Source of the DNA: a virus
Virus record (IMG/VR): IMGVR_UViG_3300046000_004279
Span: 1 to 64,000 of that record
Length of the DNA: 64,000 nucleotides
Reading direction: 5' to 3' (one strand)
Shown here one piece after another: positions 27,328 to 37,750 of this stretch (its first letter is position 1; every line of letters begins with the position of its first letter). The notes beneath the pieces are model-generated. The model was not told the DNA's origin and did not search any database. It saw only the letters and a list, made by a program, of their open reading frames with translations. Made by a program: the position numbers and the translations under genes.

Positions 27328-27693
27328 ATGAAAAATTTTAAATTAACAGAAGAAAATCTCTTGATATATGCTGCGAAGAACTATTATAATCCAAAGTATA
27401 TCAATGCTGAAGAGTTTTATGAGGATTTGAAAAGGTTTAAATATATCAAGAGACTTCTAAATAGATACGATGAGACGGGTAAGTTATCGGAACGATTAAT
27501 TCTTAATCATTTAATTGTTGTCTTTAATGTGTTTGGAATTGAATCCGCCTTAAAGATTCTTGAGTTTAAACTTGAGAATAAATACTGGCCTCAAATTAAA
27601 CCATTTTTGATCTTTTTGAAATATATTCGCAATGATCAATACACTAACATAACAATGGACCCCATTGTAGTAAACAAACTGAGAAATATTTAA
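27328..27693 (+). CDS. Conserved T4-like hypothetical protein
   Basis: FYEDLKRFKYIKRLL..Y, ERLILNHLI..FNVFG. Confidence 0.75.
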   Translation: MKNFKLTEENLLIYAAKNYYNPKYINAEEFYEDLKRFKYIKRLLNRYDETGKLSERLILNHLIVVFNVFGIESALKILEFKLENKYWPQIKPFLIFLKYIRNDQYTNITMDPIVVNKLRNI

Positions 27694-28292
27694 TGGGCAT
27701 TTTTAAGACCACTGGCGATTTAATCTATACGTTTAGATTTCTCAGACTTCTCACTATGAAGTTTGAGGACACTGAAACGTATAAGGCTGGTATTATTGAT
27801 GCTAACGGTTATAGAATTAAGTCTTTTGACATGACGCTTAGTGTTAATAGAAAAAATTATGCAGAGTATTACACACCGTTTCATCGTCTCGTATTTAACA
27901 TTAAGAAGCTGATGGCTAAGGTTCCAGGCGGCGGGTCACGTTTGGCTACGTATGCTGCTGCGTTGTATCTAATGAAAGAGAAGTTTGACGTATCTGATAA
28001 ACACATTCAGCAATCGCTAAAAGAAGTTGGTCTTGATTCGACCGATTTCATGCTTGAACAATCTCAGTGGTTTGTTCTTAACGATGGTCGTTTGTCTCCG
28101 GGATCTTACAAACTTGCAAACGACAAAGTTGTTAATTCAACTTGTGAAGATGTTGTCAAAGCGAAAGATACAGTTCACGTAGAAGATAAATGCTACCCAG
28201 TTGGATCAATCTTTGGATTGAACATCTATGAGGCAATACATACTAGATCAAAGCAAACAATATACGTCACTTCAGCGGAGTTACTAGTATGA
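27693..28292 (+). CDS. Conserved T4-like hypothetical protein
   Basis: AGIIDANG, YTPFHRLVFNIKKL, YAAALYL. Confidence 0.75.
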   Translation: MGIFKTTGDLIYTFRFLRLLTMKFEDTETYKAGIIDANGYRIKSFDMTLSVNRKNYAEYYTPFHRLVFNIKKLMAKVPGGGSRLATYAAALYLMKEKFDVSDKHIQQSLKEVGLDSTDFMLEQSQWFVLNDGRLSPGSYKLANDKVVNSTCEDVVKAKDTVHVEDKCYPVGSIFGLNIYEAIHTRSKQTIYVTSAELLV

Positions 28293-28450
28293 AGTCAGTA
28301 GATGAGGAAGTCCCAGCAACATCGATCTCTAACGGATCTATTGACACTACTCCAGGAATTAAACAAACTGTAGTGGTTGATAAAAGATATAGTGCAAAGA
28401 AGCCACCAGTGTATTTGAAGAAATTTCGCAAGTTTATTGAGAAAGATTAA
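28289..28450 (+). CDS. Small hypothetical protein (53 aa)
   Basis: Fills the gap with overlapping start/stop junctions. Confidence 0.55.
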   Translation: MKSVDEEVPATSISNGSIDTTPGIKQTVVVDKRYSAKKPPVYLKKFRKFIEKD

Positions 28451-28857
28451 TGTTTAAGATCTACGCCATCCTCGCTATTGTAGGTATCGTCGCTACTGTG
28501 GGAACTGGCGCATTTGTTTATGTGTCAAGTTTACAAGAACGTGTAGCAACTCTACAAGCAAACAATGCTAAACTTGAAGGTGCAGTTCGTACTCAACAAG
28601 AGACGATCAAACGTGCCACAGAAGATGCTAAACACTTTGAGCAACTAAATACACAACTGTCTGCAGACCTTAAAGCTGCAGAAGCTGGAGTAGATCAATT
28701 GAGATCAACACTCGCAAACCATGATTTAACCAGACTTACTCTTGCAAAACCTGGGTTGATACAAACGAGGATTAATAATGCGACGAATGAATTGTTCAAA
28801 CAACTTAACACTGACACAGCTATTGCTCCCCCTATCGAGTCTGTTCCTGCTCAGTAG
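28450..28857 (+). CDS. Putative inner-membrane spanin (Rz-like)
   Basis: N-terminal TM plus coiled coil; overlaps a lipoprotein gene. Confidence 0.7.
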   Translation: MFKIYAILAIVGIVATVGTGAFVYVSSLQERVATLQANNAKLEGAVRTQQETIKRATEDAKHFEQLNTQLSADLKAAEAGVDQLRSTLANHDLTRLTLAKPGLIQTRINNATNELFKQLNTDTAIAPPIESVPAQ

Positions 28858-29194
28858 TTGTGGGTTAATGGCCAAACCGCCAGAACCACAAGTTGTTATT
28901 CAAACTGAATACATTTCGCGAACAATTCCCCTTCAAGGGCAACCGAAACCAGTACAACTTGCTGAAGTCAAGTGGTATGTTGTAACTGAGGAAAACCTCC
29001 CCCAATTCCTTGAACAGTTTAAGAAAGACAATGGTGCTGTTGCATTCATGGCGGTGGCCGTTCAAGGGTACGAGAACATTTCAACGAATGTTCAAGAGCT
29101 TCGTCGGTATATTCTGCAGCAAAAGTCTATCATCGTATACTATGAGAATGCTGCACAAGAACCCCCTAAAGCACCAGAAACTCCTACAAAATAA
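28778..29194 (+). CDS. Putative outer-membrane spanin lipoprotein (Rz1-like)
   Basis: Lipobox LLSSC; Pro-rich; overlaps the 3' end of the i-spanin. Confidence 0.7.
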   Translation: MRRMNCSNNLTLTQLLLPLSSLFLLSSCGLMAKPPEPQVVIQTEYISRTIPLQGQPKPVQLAEVKWYVVTEENLPQFLEQFKKDNGAVAFMAVAVQGYENISTNVQELRRYILQQKSIIVYYENAAQEPPKAPETPTK

Positions 29195-29290
29195 AAAAAT
29201 ATATTTTTAAGTGCAAATAGCTGTTGCGCTGGTTTCCATTTTTCTATATACTAATTCAGTAAGAGTATCAGAGATAGGGTCGTATCAATA

Positions 29291-30529
29291 ATGATTGAGT
29301 ACGTAGTTAAGCGGGACGGATCGACAGAGACGTTTGCCCGAGAGAAAATTGTTGTTGCTGTCGAAAAGGCAATGAAATCTGTCAAAATCACTAGTAAGAG
29401 TCTTCCTAACGAGATCGCAGATGAGGTGATCAAACGACTTGAGGGTGATGATCCTATCACTGAGGTCAACACCATTCACAAGACGGTGGAAGATGTTATC
29501 ATGGATATGGGTATTCACAACCTCGCGCGTGAGTATATTGTCTATCGTGCAAAGAACATGCCAGACATCTTTCGTAAACGTCAAAACTTAAAGCCATATG
29601 AATATCCACAGTTGATTGAATACCTTGAGGCTATTCGTCACTCGTATTGGATCCACACTGAATTTAACTACTCCTCTGATGTTCAAGATATTAGAGTTAA
29701 CTTGACTCCAGAAGAAGCAGACATTGTGAAACGTGCAATGTTGGCCATCTCACAGATCGAAGTCCAAGTCAAGACGTTTTGGGCGAAGATTGGCGACAAG
29801 ATGCCTAAACCTGAAGTGCAGGCTGTTGGTGTCACATTTGGTGAGTCAGAAGTTCGTCACGCTGATGCGTATTCTAATCTCATTGAAATGCTTGGTTTGA
29901 ACAAAGAGTTTGAGAATATTGTTGAAGTTCCAGCTATCAAGAAGCGTATTGAGTATCTTGAACGTGCTTTGATTGTTCCTGTCGATAATAAAGACTACTT
30001 TCACAACATCATTCTATTCTCAATGTTTGTAGAGAATGTATCTTTGTTCTCGCAGTTCTTGATTATGATGGCGTTTAATAAACACAAGAATGTCCTTAAG
30101 GGGATCTCCAACGCTGTTGAAGCTACTTCAAAGGAAGAAGATGTTCACGCGCGTTTCGGTTTTGAACTTGTCAACATCATTAAGTCTGAGAACCCCACTT
30201 GGTGGGACAAAGAAACAGTTACAACTATCAATCAATTATGCCGCGAAGCATACAAGGCCGAGGCGGGTATTGTTGATTGGATCTATGGCAACATCGATCT
30301 TGACTTCCTACCCAAAGACACTGTCAAAGAATTCCTCAAGCATCGTTTCAACCAATCCCTAAACGCTATCGAATTGAAGAGTATTTACGAAGTTGATCCT
30401 CAAGCAATCGTTGACACAGAATGGTTTATAGATGAGACTTTAAGCACCAAGAATATTGACTTCTTCGTTAAGAGAAGTACCTCATATTCTAAGAAGACTA
30501 AATCATTCACAGAAGACGATCTATTTTAA
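29291..30529 (+). CDS. nrdB: Ribonucleotide reductase class Ia beta subunit with N-terminal ATP cone
   Basis: VVKRDG ATP cone; ESEVRHADAY, ENVSLFSQF, KEEDVH, DFFVKR. Confidence 0.93.
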   Translation: MIEYVVKRDGSTETFAREKIVVAVEKAMKSVKITSKSLPNEIADEVIKRLEGDDPITEVNTIHKTVEDVIMDMGIHNLAREYIVYRAKNMPDIFRKRQNLKPYEYPQLIEYLEAIRHSYWIHTEFNYSSDVQDIRVNLTPEEADIVKRAMLAISQIEVQVKTFWAKIGDKMPKPEVQAVGVTFGESEVRHADAYSNLIEMLGLNKEFENIVEVPAIKKRIEYLERALIVPVDNKDYFHNIILFSMFVENVSLFSQFLIMMAFNKHKNVLKGISNAVEATSKEEDVHARFGFELVNIIKSENPTWWDKETVTTINQLCREAYKAEAGIVDWIYGNIDLDFLPKDTVKEFLKHRFNQSLNAIELKSIYEVDPQAIVDTEWFIDETLSTKNIDFFVKRSTSYSKKTKSFTEDDLF

Positions 30530-30539
30530 GGATATACAA

Positions 30540-32192
30540 ATGGCATTTGATTGGCTCAATGAACAATCTCGCACATTCTTATCTCGTGGCTATTTGTCAG
30601 ATGGGCAATCAGCGGAACAACGTATAAGAATTATTGCAGACGCAGCAGAGAAACATCTTGGTATCAAGGGTTTCGCTGACAAATTCTATGACTACATGGG
30701 TCGAGGATTCTATTCTCTCGCTTCACCCATTTGGTCAAACTATGGTACTGATAGGGGATTTCCCGTATCTTGTTTTGGATCGTTTATTGACGACTCCGTA
30801 GAGTCTATTCTCTATGGGCACGCTGAGAACGGTATGTTAATGAAGTCGGGTGGGGGTACATCAGGGTATTTCGGCGCTGTGCGCCCCAGGGGTGCGCCTA
30901 TCCGCGGCAACGGTGAATCTTCGGGGTCTGTACACTTCATGGAGATGTTTGACAAGTTAGCTTCTGTAGTGTCACAAGGTAATGTTCGTCGCGGTTTCTT
31001 CTCTCCATACCTACCCATTGACCATCCTGACGCCGATGAGTTCCTTGATGTTGCAACAGAGGGTCATCCAATTCAAGGTCTGACAACTGGTATTACAGTG
31101 TCAGATGAATTTCTAAACAAAGTCAAAGCTGGTGATCCAGCTGCTCGGCGTTTGTGGGTTAAAGTCCTACAAAGACGTTCTGAGATTGGTTTCCCATACA
31201 TCTTGTTCTCTGATAATGTTAACAAAGGCAAGCCTGACGTATACAAAGATCTCAAGATGGAAATCTGGGCATCTAATATGTGTTCTGAGATTGCATTGCC
31301 ATCGTCGCCAGAAGAGACATTCACTTGTGTGTTGTCTTCATTGAATCTGTTGAAGTGGGATGAGATTGTTGATACGGATGCAGTTCAAGTTCTAATTATG
31401 TTCTTGGATACTGTTGTATCGGAGTTCATTGAGAAGACATCTGGCAAGAGATACTTTGAACGTGCACATCGTTTTGCAGTTCGTCACCGTGCTCTTGGTG
31501 CTGGTGTTCTTGGTTGGCATTCGTATTTGCAGTCAAAGATGATTGCATTTGAGTCTGCAGAAGCTGCTAAGTTGAACCTACTGATTGCTAAGACTATTCG
31601 TGAACGTGCCGATTCCGCGTCTTATGATCTTGCGCGTATGTTTGGTGAACCCGAACTGTTGAAGGGGTATGGTCGGCGTAACACAACTCTTCTTGCTATT
31701 GCACCAACTAAGTCAAGTAGTTTTATTCTTGGTCAAGTATCTCAATCAATTGAACCAGAGTTCTCTAATTGTTATGTTAAGGATCTTGCTAAGTCAAAGA
31801 CCACGATCAAGAACCCATACTTGACCAAGCTACTACAAGAGAAGGGCCAAGATACTCATGAGGTTTGGGAATTGATTAAGAACATGGACGGATCTGTTCA
31901 ACATCTCACCATCTTAACTCAAGAAGAAAAAGAAGTGTTCAAGACGTTTGCAGAGATCAATCCAGAAACAATTATAACACAGGCCAGCGTTCGTCAAACA
32001 TATATAGATCAGGCGCAAAGTATCAACCTTATGCTTGATCCTGACACGCCAGTGAAGGAAATAAACGCTCTTTATTTGCTTGCGTGGGAACTTGGTATTA
32101 AGAGTCTGTATTACAGTTTCTCAATGTCCAAAGCTCAATCACTAACACGTAAAAGAGTAATGAGTCAAGGTTGTGCAGCTTGCGAGGGTTAA
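30540..32192 (+). CDS. nrdA: Ribonucleotide reductase class Ia alpha subunit (no ATP cone)
   Basis: PVSCF, GGGTS, SNMCSEI, IAPTKSSS, IDQAQS, KSLYY, C-terminal CAACEG. Confidence 0.95.
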   Translation: MAFDWLNEQSRTFLSRGYLSDGQSAEQRIRIIADAAEKHLGIKGFADKFYDYMGRGFYSLASPIWSNYGTDRGFPVSCFGSFIDDSVESILYGHAENGMLMKSGGGTSGYFGAVRPRGAPIRGNGESSGSVHFMEMFDKLASVVSQGNVRRGFFSPYLPIDHPDADEFLDVATEGHPIQGLTTGITVSDEFLNKVKAGDPAARRLWVKVLQRRSEIGFPYILFSDNVNKGKPDVYKDLKMEIWASNMCSEIALPSSPEETFTCVLSSLNLLKWDEIVDTDAVQVLIMFLDTVVSEFIEKTSGKRYFERAHRFAVRHRALGAGVLGWHSYLQSKMIAFESAEAAKLNLLIAKTIRERADSASYDLARMFGEPELLKGYGRRNTTLLAIAPTKSSSFILGQVSQSIEPEFSNCYVKDLAKSKTTIKNPYLTKLLQEKGQDTHEVWELIKNMDGSVQHLTILTQEEKEVFKTFAEINPETIITQASVRQTYIDQAQSINLMLDPDTPVKEINALYLLAWELGIKSLYYSFSMSKAQSLTRKRVMSQGCAACEG

Positions 32193-32330
32193 ATGGAAGA
32201 AGAATACTACGGTCTATGTGACAATTGTGATGTTGAGACACAGGTTATGGTAATGGACGAAGAGGAACCACCATTATATTGCCCAATGTGTGGTTGTGGT
32301 TTAGAGTTCGAAGCATTAGCAGACGATTAA
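32193..32330 (+). CDS. Small zinc-ribbon protein (45 aa)
   Basis: CDNC...YCPMCG. Confidence 0.65.
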   Translation: MEEEYYGLCDNCDVETQVMVMDEEEPPLYCPMCGCGLEFEALADD

Positions 32331-32374
32331 TTAACTTGACTAAATATCCCTGTGAAAGTGGGGATATTTTTCTT

Positions 32375-32791
32375 ATGTGGCATTATCAAGGCAAAGAATA
32401 TAGTGAAACGCCAGAAGAATATCAAGGGTTTGTATATGAAATCCTTGAGATTGATACTGGAAAGCGTTACATTGGTAAGAAGTTCTTTTGGAAACCAAAA
32501 ATCCTTCCGATAACGAAGACCCGCAAGAGACGTGTCAGAACACGTGCCGAATCAGATTGGCGAAGTTACTATGGATCTTCAACAGAAGTAAAATTCCTTG
32601 TAGAACAAAAAGGTGTTGACAACTACACCAGAACTATGTTAAAGTTATGTAAGACGAAAGGTGAATGTTCTTACTATGAAGCAAAGTTACAATTTGAACA
32701 TGACGTATTGCTTCGTGACGATTATTACAACGAGTTCATCGGTTGTAAGATCCATTCAAAACACCTAAGGAAAGATAATGATTCTAATTGA
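32375..32791 (+). CDS. GIY-YIG endonuclease (T4 endonuclease II-like)
   Basis: GFVY...YIGKK, SDWRSYYGSS, YYN. Confidence 0.85.
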   Translation: MWHYQGKEYSETPEEYQGFVYEILEIDTGKRYIGKKFFWKPKILPITKTRKRRVRTRAESDWRSYYGSSTEVKFLVEQKGVDNYTRTMLKLCKTKGECSYYEAKLQFEHDVLLRDDYYNEFIGCKIHSKHLRKDNDSN

Positions 32792-33638
32792 TTATAATGC
32801 TATTGCTATTAGCAATATCGTGACACAGAAGATGGATTTGGATGAAAATCTAATTCGTCATATGATTCTTAACTCCATTCGCATGTACCGTAAGAAGTAC
32901 TTTCGCGAGTTTGGTGAAATTGTTATCACAAGTGATGGCAGCAAGAACTGGCGTTATGAAGTATTTCCTCAATACAAATTCAAACGCAAAGATGCTCGTA
33001 AAGTGTCTAAGATCGATTGGCAAGAAGTATTCCGCATCACCAATAAGGTGTTTGATGAAATTCGTGAGAACTTCCCCTATAAGGTGGTTGTGCACGATGA
33101 GTGTGAAGCTGACGATGTGATCGCTCAGTTGGTTGTTAACTCTCAAGTTGACTTTGGTCATCAAGAGAAGGTGATGATCATTTCTTCTGACAAAGACTTT
33201 GGTCAGTTGCAGAAGTATTCCAATGTGAGTCAATACTCACCGATGTTGAAGAAAGAGATCGTGATTGTTAATCCTCGTAGGCACTTGCTTGAGTTAATCC
33301 TTCGTGGTGACCAATCAGACGGCATTCCTAACGTGTTATCAATTGATGATTCATTTACTGAAGGAGTTCGCCAGACACCTCTTCGTGAATCAAAGATCAA
33401 TGAGATTATGAAAGATCTTGACGATGGTGAGTTGTTGTATGCGGCTTCTTGGCATCGCAATTATCTTCGCAATAAAAAATTGATTGATCTTACAGAAACA
33501 CCATCTAACCTAAAACTAGAAATTATAAATAACTTTGAACAGCAAGGTGATAAGTCCGACAATAAGAAAAAAGTAATGAATTACTTAATTGTCAATGGAT
33601 GCATTAATCTAGTTGAAGTGATTGGAGACTTTATTTAA
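32778..33638 (+). CDS. rnh: T4-type RNase H (5'-3' exonuclease)
   Basis: LIDYN, NWR..FPQYK..R, EADDVI, SSDKDFGQL, GDQSDGIPN. Confidence 0.92.
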   Translation: MILIDYNAIAISNIVTQKMDLDENLIRHMILNSIRMYRKKYFREFGEIVITSDGSKNWRYEVFPQYKFKRKDARKVSKIDWQEVFRITNKVFDEIRENFPYKVVVHDECEADDVIAQLVVNSQVDFGHQEKVMIISSDKDFGQLQKYSNVSQYSPMLKKEIVIVNPRRHLLELILRGDQSDGIPNVLSIDDSFTEGVRQTPLRESKINEIMKDLDDGELLYAASWHRNYLRNKKLIDLTETPSNLKLEIINNFEQQGDKSDNKKKVMNYLIVNGCINLVEVIGDFI

Positions 33639-34069
33639 TGGCTAACCCTGTAACAAAATATATTCATGAAGTGCTTGCACTTGTTGATAAGGCTACGACT
33701 AAAAAAGAGAAGATTGAAATTCTTCAGAACAATGACTCGATGGTTCTCAAAAACATCCTCATTGGTACATTCGACGAATCGCTCGAGTGGCTTCTTCCAG
33801 ATACACCGCCGCCATATGAACCATGCGATGGCCACAACGCACCATCTTCCCTAAAAAAACAATTGGACAACTTCACCTACTTTGTCAAAGGCGGTAAGGG
33901 TCAAGACCTGTTAAAAATCAAGCGTGAGATGATGTTCATCCGCTTGCTTGAATCTATTCATCCCGAAGACGCTAAGATTGTTGTCGCGATGATTGCGCGT
34001 AAGCTGCCAACCAAAGGTTTAACTAAAGCACTAGTAAAGGAGGCTTTCCCTAAACTACTTCGTAACTAA
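33638..34069 (+). CDS. Conserved T4-like hypothetical protein
   Basis: WLLP..PPPY, KREMMFIRLLESIHPEDA, VKEAFP. Confidence 0.78.
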   Translation: MANPVTKYIHEVLALVDKATTKKEKIEILQNNDSMVLKNILIGTFDESLEWLLPDTPPPYEPCDGHNAPSSLKKQLDNFTYFVKGGKGQDLLKIKREMMFIRLLESIHPEDAKIVVAMIARKLPTKGLTKALVKEAFPKLLRN

Positions 34070-34093
34070 GTTTTAAATAAAACAGGAGATTGC

Positions 34094-34255
34094 ATGACTG
34101 CTCAGCTCGAACGATTAATAGAAGATTCTAATCAACTCCAAACATATATAACGAAAGTCGAAAAAAAAGGTCGCAAGGATTTAGTACCCAAACTAAATCA
34201 AAAACTATACTTTTTAGACCAAACAATAGCTGAGTTTAGACAACAATTGCAATAA
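34094..34255 (+). CDS. Small hypothetical protein (53 aa)
   Basis: AGGAG RBS. Confidence 0.6.
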   Translation: MTAQLERLIEDSNQLQTYITKVEKKGRKDLVPKLNQKLYFLDQTIAEFRQQLQ

Positions 34256-34310
34256 GGAGATACGCGAGTCGGTTAGTCACCCGACTAGCCGACTACTCAA
34301 GGGAAATATT

Positions 34311-34541
34311 ATGCCGACTTACAATATGAGAAATTTAGAAACTGATGAAGTACAAGAGATGTTTATGTCTCTTAGCGAACGGGAAAGTTTGCTTGCAACA
34401 GGTAAATTTAAACAAGAATTGGCTACTCCAAATTTTGTATCGATCACAGGCGGAACTTTATCAAAAACCAGCGGCGATTGGAAAAATTTAATGACCAAGA
34501 TTAAAAAAGAAGCTGGTCGGTCCAATACAGTAAAAGATTGA
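34311..34541 (+). CDS. FmdB-like small protein
   Basis: MPTY N-terminus; position upstream of phoH. Confidence 0.6.
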   Translation: MPTYNMRNLETDEVQEMFMSLSERESLLATGKFKQELATPNFVSITGGTLSKTSGDWKNLMTKIKKEAGRSNTVKD

Positions 34542-34543
34542 TT

Positions 34544-35239
34544 ATGACAAAAAGAATTAAGGCGGCTCCGATTAACCCAACTGCGGAGTGGTTAGCAGAT
34601 ATCAAACCAATCACTGCAACGCAACAGAAGGTGTTTGATAGTTGGAACGATCAATACAATTTGGTTTTAGCTGGTTCAGCGGGCACAGGTAAGACATTCA
34701 TTGCAATGTATCTTGCATTGCGGGATCTGTTGAAGTATGAGTCAATCTACAACCAAATCGTGATTATTCGTTCAGTTGTCCCCACACGAGACATGGGCTT
34801 CTTGCCTGGCACTCAAAAGGAAAAAGAAGAAGCGTATCAATCTCCATACAAATCTATCTGTAATGAGTTGTTTGGTGATGCCGCTGCTTATGCAAAGCTT
34901 GCGGGAACACAAAAGATCCATTTTGAGTCAACATCGTTCATTCGCGGCTTGACTTTTAATGATAGTATCCTTATAGTAGATGAGATGCAGAACCTTAACT
35001 TTCATGAGTTGGATTCCGTCATCACGCGCGTAGGTAAGAACTGTAAGATCATATTCTGTGGTGACTATCGTCAGTCCGACTTCAAGAAAGATGAAGACAA
35101 GAATGGTATTCTATCGTTCCTATCAATCATTGAACACATGAATAACTTTGATATTATCAACTTCGGTTGGGAAGACATTGTTCGTTCAGGGCTTGTTAGA
35201 GACTATCTAATGACAAAAGAGATGTTAGGAATCGTGTAA
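34544..35239 (+). CDS. phoH: PhoH family ATPase
   Basis: GSAGTGKT, MGFLPG, FIRGLTF, DEMQN, GDYRQSD, DIVRSG. Confidence 0.95.
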   Translation: MTKRIKAAPINPTAEWLADIKPITATQQKVFDSWNDQYNLVLAGSAGTGKTFIAMYLALRDLLKYESIYNQIVIIRSVVPTRDMGFLPGTQKEKEEAYQSPYKSICNELFGDAAAYAKLAGTQKIHFESTSFIRGLTFNDSILIVDEMQNLNFHELDSVITRVGKNCKIIFCGDYRQSDFKKDEDKNGILSFLSIIEHMNNFDIINFGWEDIVRSGLVRDYLMTKEMLGIV

Positions 35240-35487
35240 TGGTTATCATCTATGGTACGGAATGGTGCAGTTATTGCATCAGAGCAAAGAAGTTAGTTGA
35301 ACAATATCAGCTTGATTTTGAGTTCAAAGATGTGGATAATACTAATGTTGCACAACAATTGAAAGCACTGCTGCCCGATTACAAAACCATTCCTCAAATA
35401 TGGTGGCACGGGATCCATATCGGCGGATACGATAACTTTGTCCGTGAAGTTGAAAACACACGCAACTTTGCGCAAGATGGTTTCTGA
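35239..35487 (+). CDS. Glutaredoxin
   Basis: CSYC, TIPQI, IGGYD. Confidence 0.92.
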   Translation: MVIIYGTEWCSYCIRAKKLVEQYQLDFEFKDVDNTNVAQQLKALLPDYKTIPQIWWHGIHIGGYDNFVREVENTRNFAQDGF

Positions 35488-35506
35488 AAGGTGAGATAAC
35501 TCTACT

Positions 35507-35689
35507 ATGGCTAAATTTGGTCGATTTGATCCCCACAATAAAAAACGGGATCAAGACAAGCAAAAGTCTTTACACAAAGACATCCGTATACACGAGAACG
35601 ATAAAGATCGAAGATTAAAGGGGTTTACTTACACCCCCGATGCTTACCTTGAACCAGTTGAAGAGGATTATTATGATTTTGAAGAATGA
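35507..35689 (+). CDS. Hypothetical protein
   Basis: ORF in operon. Confidence 0.6.
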   Translation: MAKFGRFDPHNKKRDQDKQKSLHKDIRIHENDKDRRLKGFTYTPDAYLEPVEEDYYDFEE

Positions 35690-35903
35690 TATGTTTGAAC
35701 TGCTACAACTTCGCTTTGAATGGGAAGAAATTGCCCGTACTTTCAAATTAAGTGATAGATCTGGGCACCTAGATAATCTGAAGAGATTTGTACATGTGGG
35801 GCATAAAGCCAATCGCTTTCGTGATGGATATGACCGCGCTGTGGAGATTGCTAACTTGATTATTGCGAGGTGTCCAAATGAACGCGAAGAGATTACAACC
35901 TGA
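35673..35903 (+). CDS. Hypothetical protein
   Basis: GAGGA RBS. Confidence 0.6.
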   Translation: MILKNDMFELLQLRFEWEEIARTFKLSDRSGHLDNLKRFVHVGHKANRFRDGYDRAVEIANLIIARCPNEREEITT

Positions 35904-36174
35904 TCTAAATTCAGATGGGTTACTAACAGACTCAGAGCTCAGTCGATCAGAACGGTTGACTGAGCTTGACATTAGAAACGAAAAAGCAGACGCACAGAAA
36001 CAAATGGCATGGGTAGCAATGTTCTCCATGATAGTGTTTACTGTTGTACTGTTTAGCCCTATGCTATCGGATAGTAGAGTGCAAGCTCTTGCCGATTTGT
36101 TAGGGCTTTTTTACATTGCACAGGCTGGTGTGGTCGGTGCTTACTTTGGAATGACTGCATGGATGAGTAAATGA
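35878..36174 (+). CDS. Small two-TM membrane protein (holin-like)
   Basis: GAGGT RBS; DLNSDG loop; two TM helices. Confidence 0.55.
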   Translation: MNAKRLQPDLNSDGLLTDSELSRSERLTELDIRNEKADAQKQMAWVAMFSMIVFTVVLFSPMLSDSRVQALADLLGLFYIAQAGVVGAYFGMTAWMSK

Positions 36175-36947
36175 AAAGACTAATTTATCAAGTATATGTT
36201 GGCAAGAAATCAGCGTTGTATGATCACTGTACGACATCAGTAAAAGAATACTGCAAGCGTCACGGCATTGATTATGTTGTGCAGCGAACACCTATTCTGT
36301 TTATCAGACCAGATCCGTTTATGACAGGTCGTAGCAAAGAAGCTACTGATCGTCTTGGGTATCTGCCAATCTTTGAGAAAGAAAATGCATTCACATATCT
36401 TAAAAGTTATGACCAAGTTGCGATTATTGATAGTGATATTTTTATTCGCCCTGACGCTCCCAATATTTTTGATAGTATTGACCCATCAGCTGATTTCGCT
36501 GGTGTGGTAGAACGTGAGATGCCAATTACACCTCACTATGTCACTAAGATTGTAAACTATTCTCGTATGCAATACTCTTCTATTCGTAATGTTGATTGGA
36601 AGTGGAATGATCGTGGTGGTGAGTTTATCAACATGGGTGTGATGGTAATGAACAAGTCGATTTCAAAGTATCTCAACAACGAGACGCCTAAACAATTCTT
36701 AAATCGCCCAAGGTTCAAAGCGTTTGTTGATGGTCAAGGCCCATGGAAGTGGTCAACGGATCAAACCTTGCTAAACACTTGGATTAAAGAAGAGAAAATG
36801 AATGTTCATCATCTTGATTGGCGATTTAATGGGTTGTATACTGCAAACACTAACATCAAAGAATGCCATTTCGTCCACTTCTTCTTGAAGGACAAGCTGC
36901 CCAATCGTGGTGAGGATGTTGAACAATTGATGAAGGATATCCAATGA
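36171..36947 (+). CDS. GT-A glycosyltransferase (GT8-like)
   Basis: IDSD (DxD), INMGVM, DQTLLN, FVHF. Confidence 0.8.
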   Translation: MKRLIYQVYVGKKSALYDHCTTSVKEYCKRHGIDYVVQRTPILFIRPDPFMTGRSKEATDRLGYLPIFEKENAFTYLKSYDQVAIIDSDIFIRPDAPNIFDSIDPSADFAGVVEREMPITPHYVTKIVNYSRMQYSSIRNVDWKWNDRGGEFINMGVMVMNKSISKYLNNETPKQFLNRPRFKAFVDGQGPWKWSTDQTLLNTWIKEEKMNVHHLDWRFNGLYTANTNIKECHFVHFFLKDKLPNRGEDVEQLMKDIQ

Positions 36948-37750
36948 AGCATATTGCATTAAGAGCTAAAAGTGTTCGCAATTCAAACAACGCGTTCACA
37001 GCAACTGGGCTTGGTGATAGGATCCACTCTGTTACTCTTGCTTGGTGTTATAGTAGAGCTCACAATACACCTGTGACAATTCACTTGACTAGAAGCAAAC
37101 AAATTGGTGGTCAGTTTGATAACAAGAAACAATCTTGGCAAGAGATATTAACACTATTTCCTGTTGGATCTGTGTCAATCGGATATCACGATTATGAACC
37201 AACCGATGAGTTTGATTGGATTCAATATCTTAAAAATCAAGGAATTGATGCAGAGATATTTTGGTATAAAGATCACCCAGGACCCCAAGAAACTCCTACG
37301 AAGTTGGACATCTCAGAATATCTAACTAAGGATATTCCGCTGTTGAAAGCAGATCCCGTCGACATGCAGCTGCCCGAACGGTTTGTTACGTGTCAGTGGG
37401 ACTCAAATGATCGATCTCGCACTTTAAAGCCTCATCTTCGTGGAATGGTGATGGACAACTACAGGCGTCAAGGCTACGAGGTTGTTACTGTGGGTGGTGA
37501 GTCATCGGACAAAGATCTTAATTGGTCTTTGAAACATATTGCATATGCTATGTCAAAAGCTGACATGCATGTGGGTGTTGATTCTGCATTTATGCACATG
37601 GCTTTTTTGTATAACCCATATAAAAAGATCAACCTATATAATGAGCCAAATGGGTTTTACTCACACCATGCGCGTAGAGCAATTGACAACGGTGTCAAGC
37701 TCAACCAATACTACACTCCAATTCGTTTACCAGATGGAACCATATTATGA
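36944..37750 (+). CDS. GT-B glycosyltransferase (GT9/fucosyltransferase-like)
   Basis: GLGDRI; HVGVDSAFMHMA. Confidence 0.7.
   Translation: MKHIALRAKSVRNSNNAFTATGLGDRIHSVTLAWCYSRAHNTPVTIHLTRSKQIGGQFDNKKQSWQEILTLFPVGSVSIGYHDYEPTDEFDWIQYLKNQGIDAEIFWYKDHPGPQETPTKLDISEYLTKDIPLLKADPVDMQLPERFVTCQWDSNDRSRTLKPHLRGMVMDNYRRQGYEVVTVGGESSDKDLNWSLKHIAYAMSKADMHVGVDSAFMHMAFLYNPYKKINLYNEPNGFYSHHARRAIDNGVKLNQYYTPIRLPDGTIL

Noticed and set aside
29291-32791. Intron, intein or homing element in nrdAB next to the GIY-YIG gene
   Set aside because: Both nrd frames are continuous and of normal size; the GIY-YIG protein is short and sits beside rnh like an endonuclease II-type gene.
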